Below the pieces are notes generated by a model. The model was given only the letters and a program-made list of their open reading frames with translations. It ran no database searches and was not told the DNA's origin. Of a stretch of DNA of 64,000 bases, positions 63,793 to 64,000 are shown piece after piece; the stretch's first letter is position 1; each line of letters opens with the position of its first letter. The stretch is from NCBI GenBank assembly GCA_963695875.1, contig CAVOID010000003.1, positions 384,001 through 448,000 of the forward strand, given 5' to 3'. The DNA comes from an uncultured delta proteobacterium (GTDB lineage: Bacteria; Desulfobacterota; Syntrophia; Syntrophales; UBA2185). Both the position numbers and the translations under genes were made by a program.

Positions 63793-64000
63793 ATGATCGT
63801 TCAATGTAAAAAGTGCCAAACGAGATTCAGGTTTGACGAAACCTTAATTGAAGGGGAGGGCGTATGGGTCAGGTGTAACCAATGCAAAAATGTATTCTTT
63901 TTGGACAATCAGAACAAAGTTGAAATTACATCCCGAACAGAGCAGACCCGGGATATAAAAGGAGTTGAAACTGATAGTATCGGTGCAGTACAGGGACAGA
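63793..64000 (+). CDS. Zinc-ribbon (MJ0042-type finger) domain protein, 3'-partial
   Basis: SD GGAGG; hand translation MIVQCKKCQTRFRFD...VRCNQCKNVF. Confidence 0.85.
   Translation, partial: MIVQCKKCQTRFRFDETLIEGEGVWVRCNQCKNVFFLDNQNKVEITSRTEQTRDIKGVETDSIGAVQGQ

Overview
Core-genome segment of a bacterium, most likely a Desulfobacterota/Syntrophales-type deltaproteobacterium (inferred from gene content such as the PxxKW protein, PlsB and the split Fo operon, and from its intergenic palindromes). The assembly is error-prone: many essential genes (trmD, rnhB, thrS, pheT, priA, mnmE, yidC) are broken by single-base indels, which I treat as sequencing artefacts. Main blocks: trmD-rplS-rnhB-yraN; uxs-ugd-FAD oxidoreductase; rsmI plus envelope proteins and pgsA; tRNA-Val(GAC)-thrS-infC-rpmI-rplT-pheST-ihfA-merR; ptsH-ptsI-plsB; atpZ-atpI-atpB with no atpE; an accessory block (GH13 amylase, TraB/GumN, MarC, C-GCAxxG-C-C protein, GATase); priA-dksA-rfaE2-comF-rsfS; dppBC; a Sir2-GNAT-NRDE-NUDIX-HDAC cluster; mnmE-jag-yidC-yidD-rnpA-rpmH followed by a DnaA-box region with no dnaA; uvrB-uvrC-mntP-ogt; rplU-rpmA-csp-obgE-proB; hpt. 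The best leads are a probable selenoprotein missed by the ORF track (in-frame TGA at a conserved Cys plus a SECIS-like hairpin), a five-gene putative protein acylation/deacylation operon, a probable oriC separated from dnaA, and several families of small palindromic mobile repeats. I saw no CRISPR array, rRNA or transposase.
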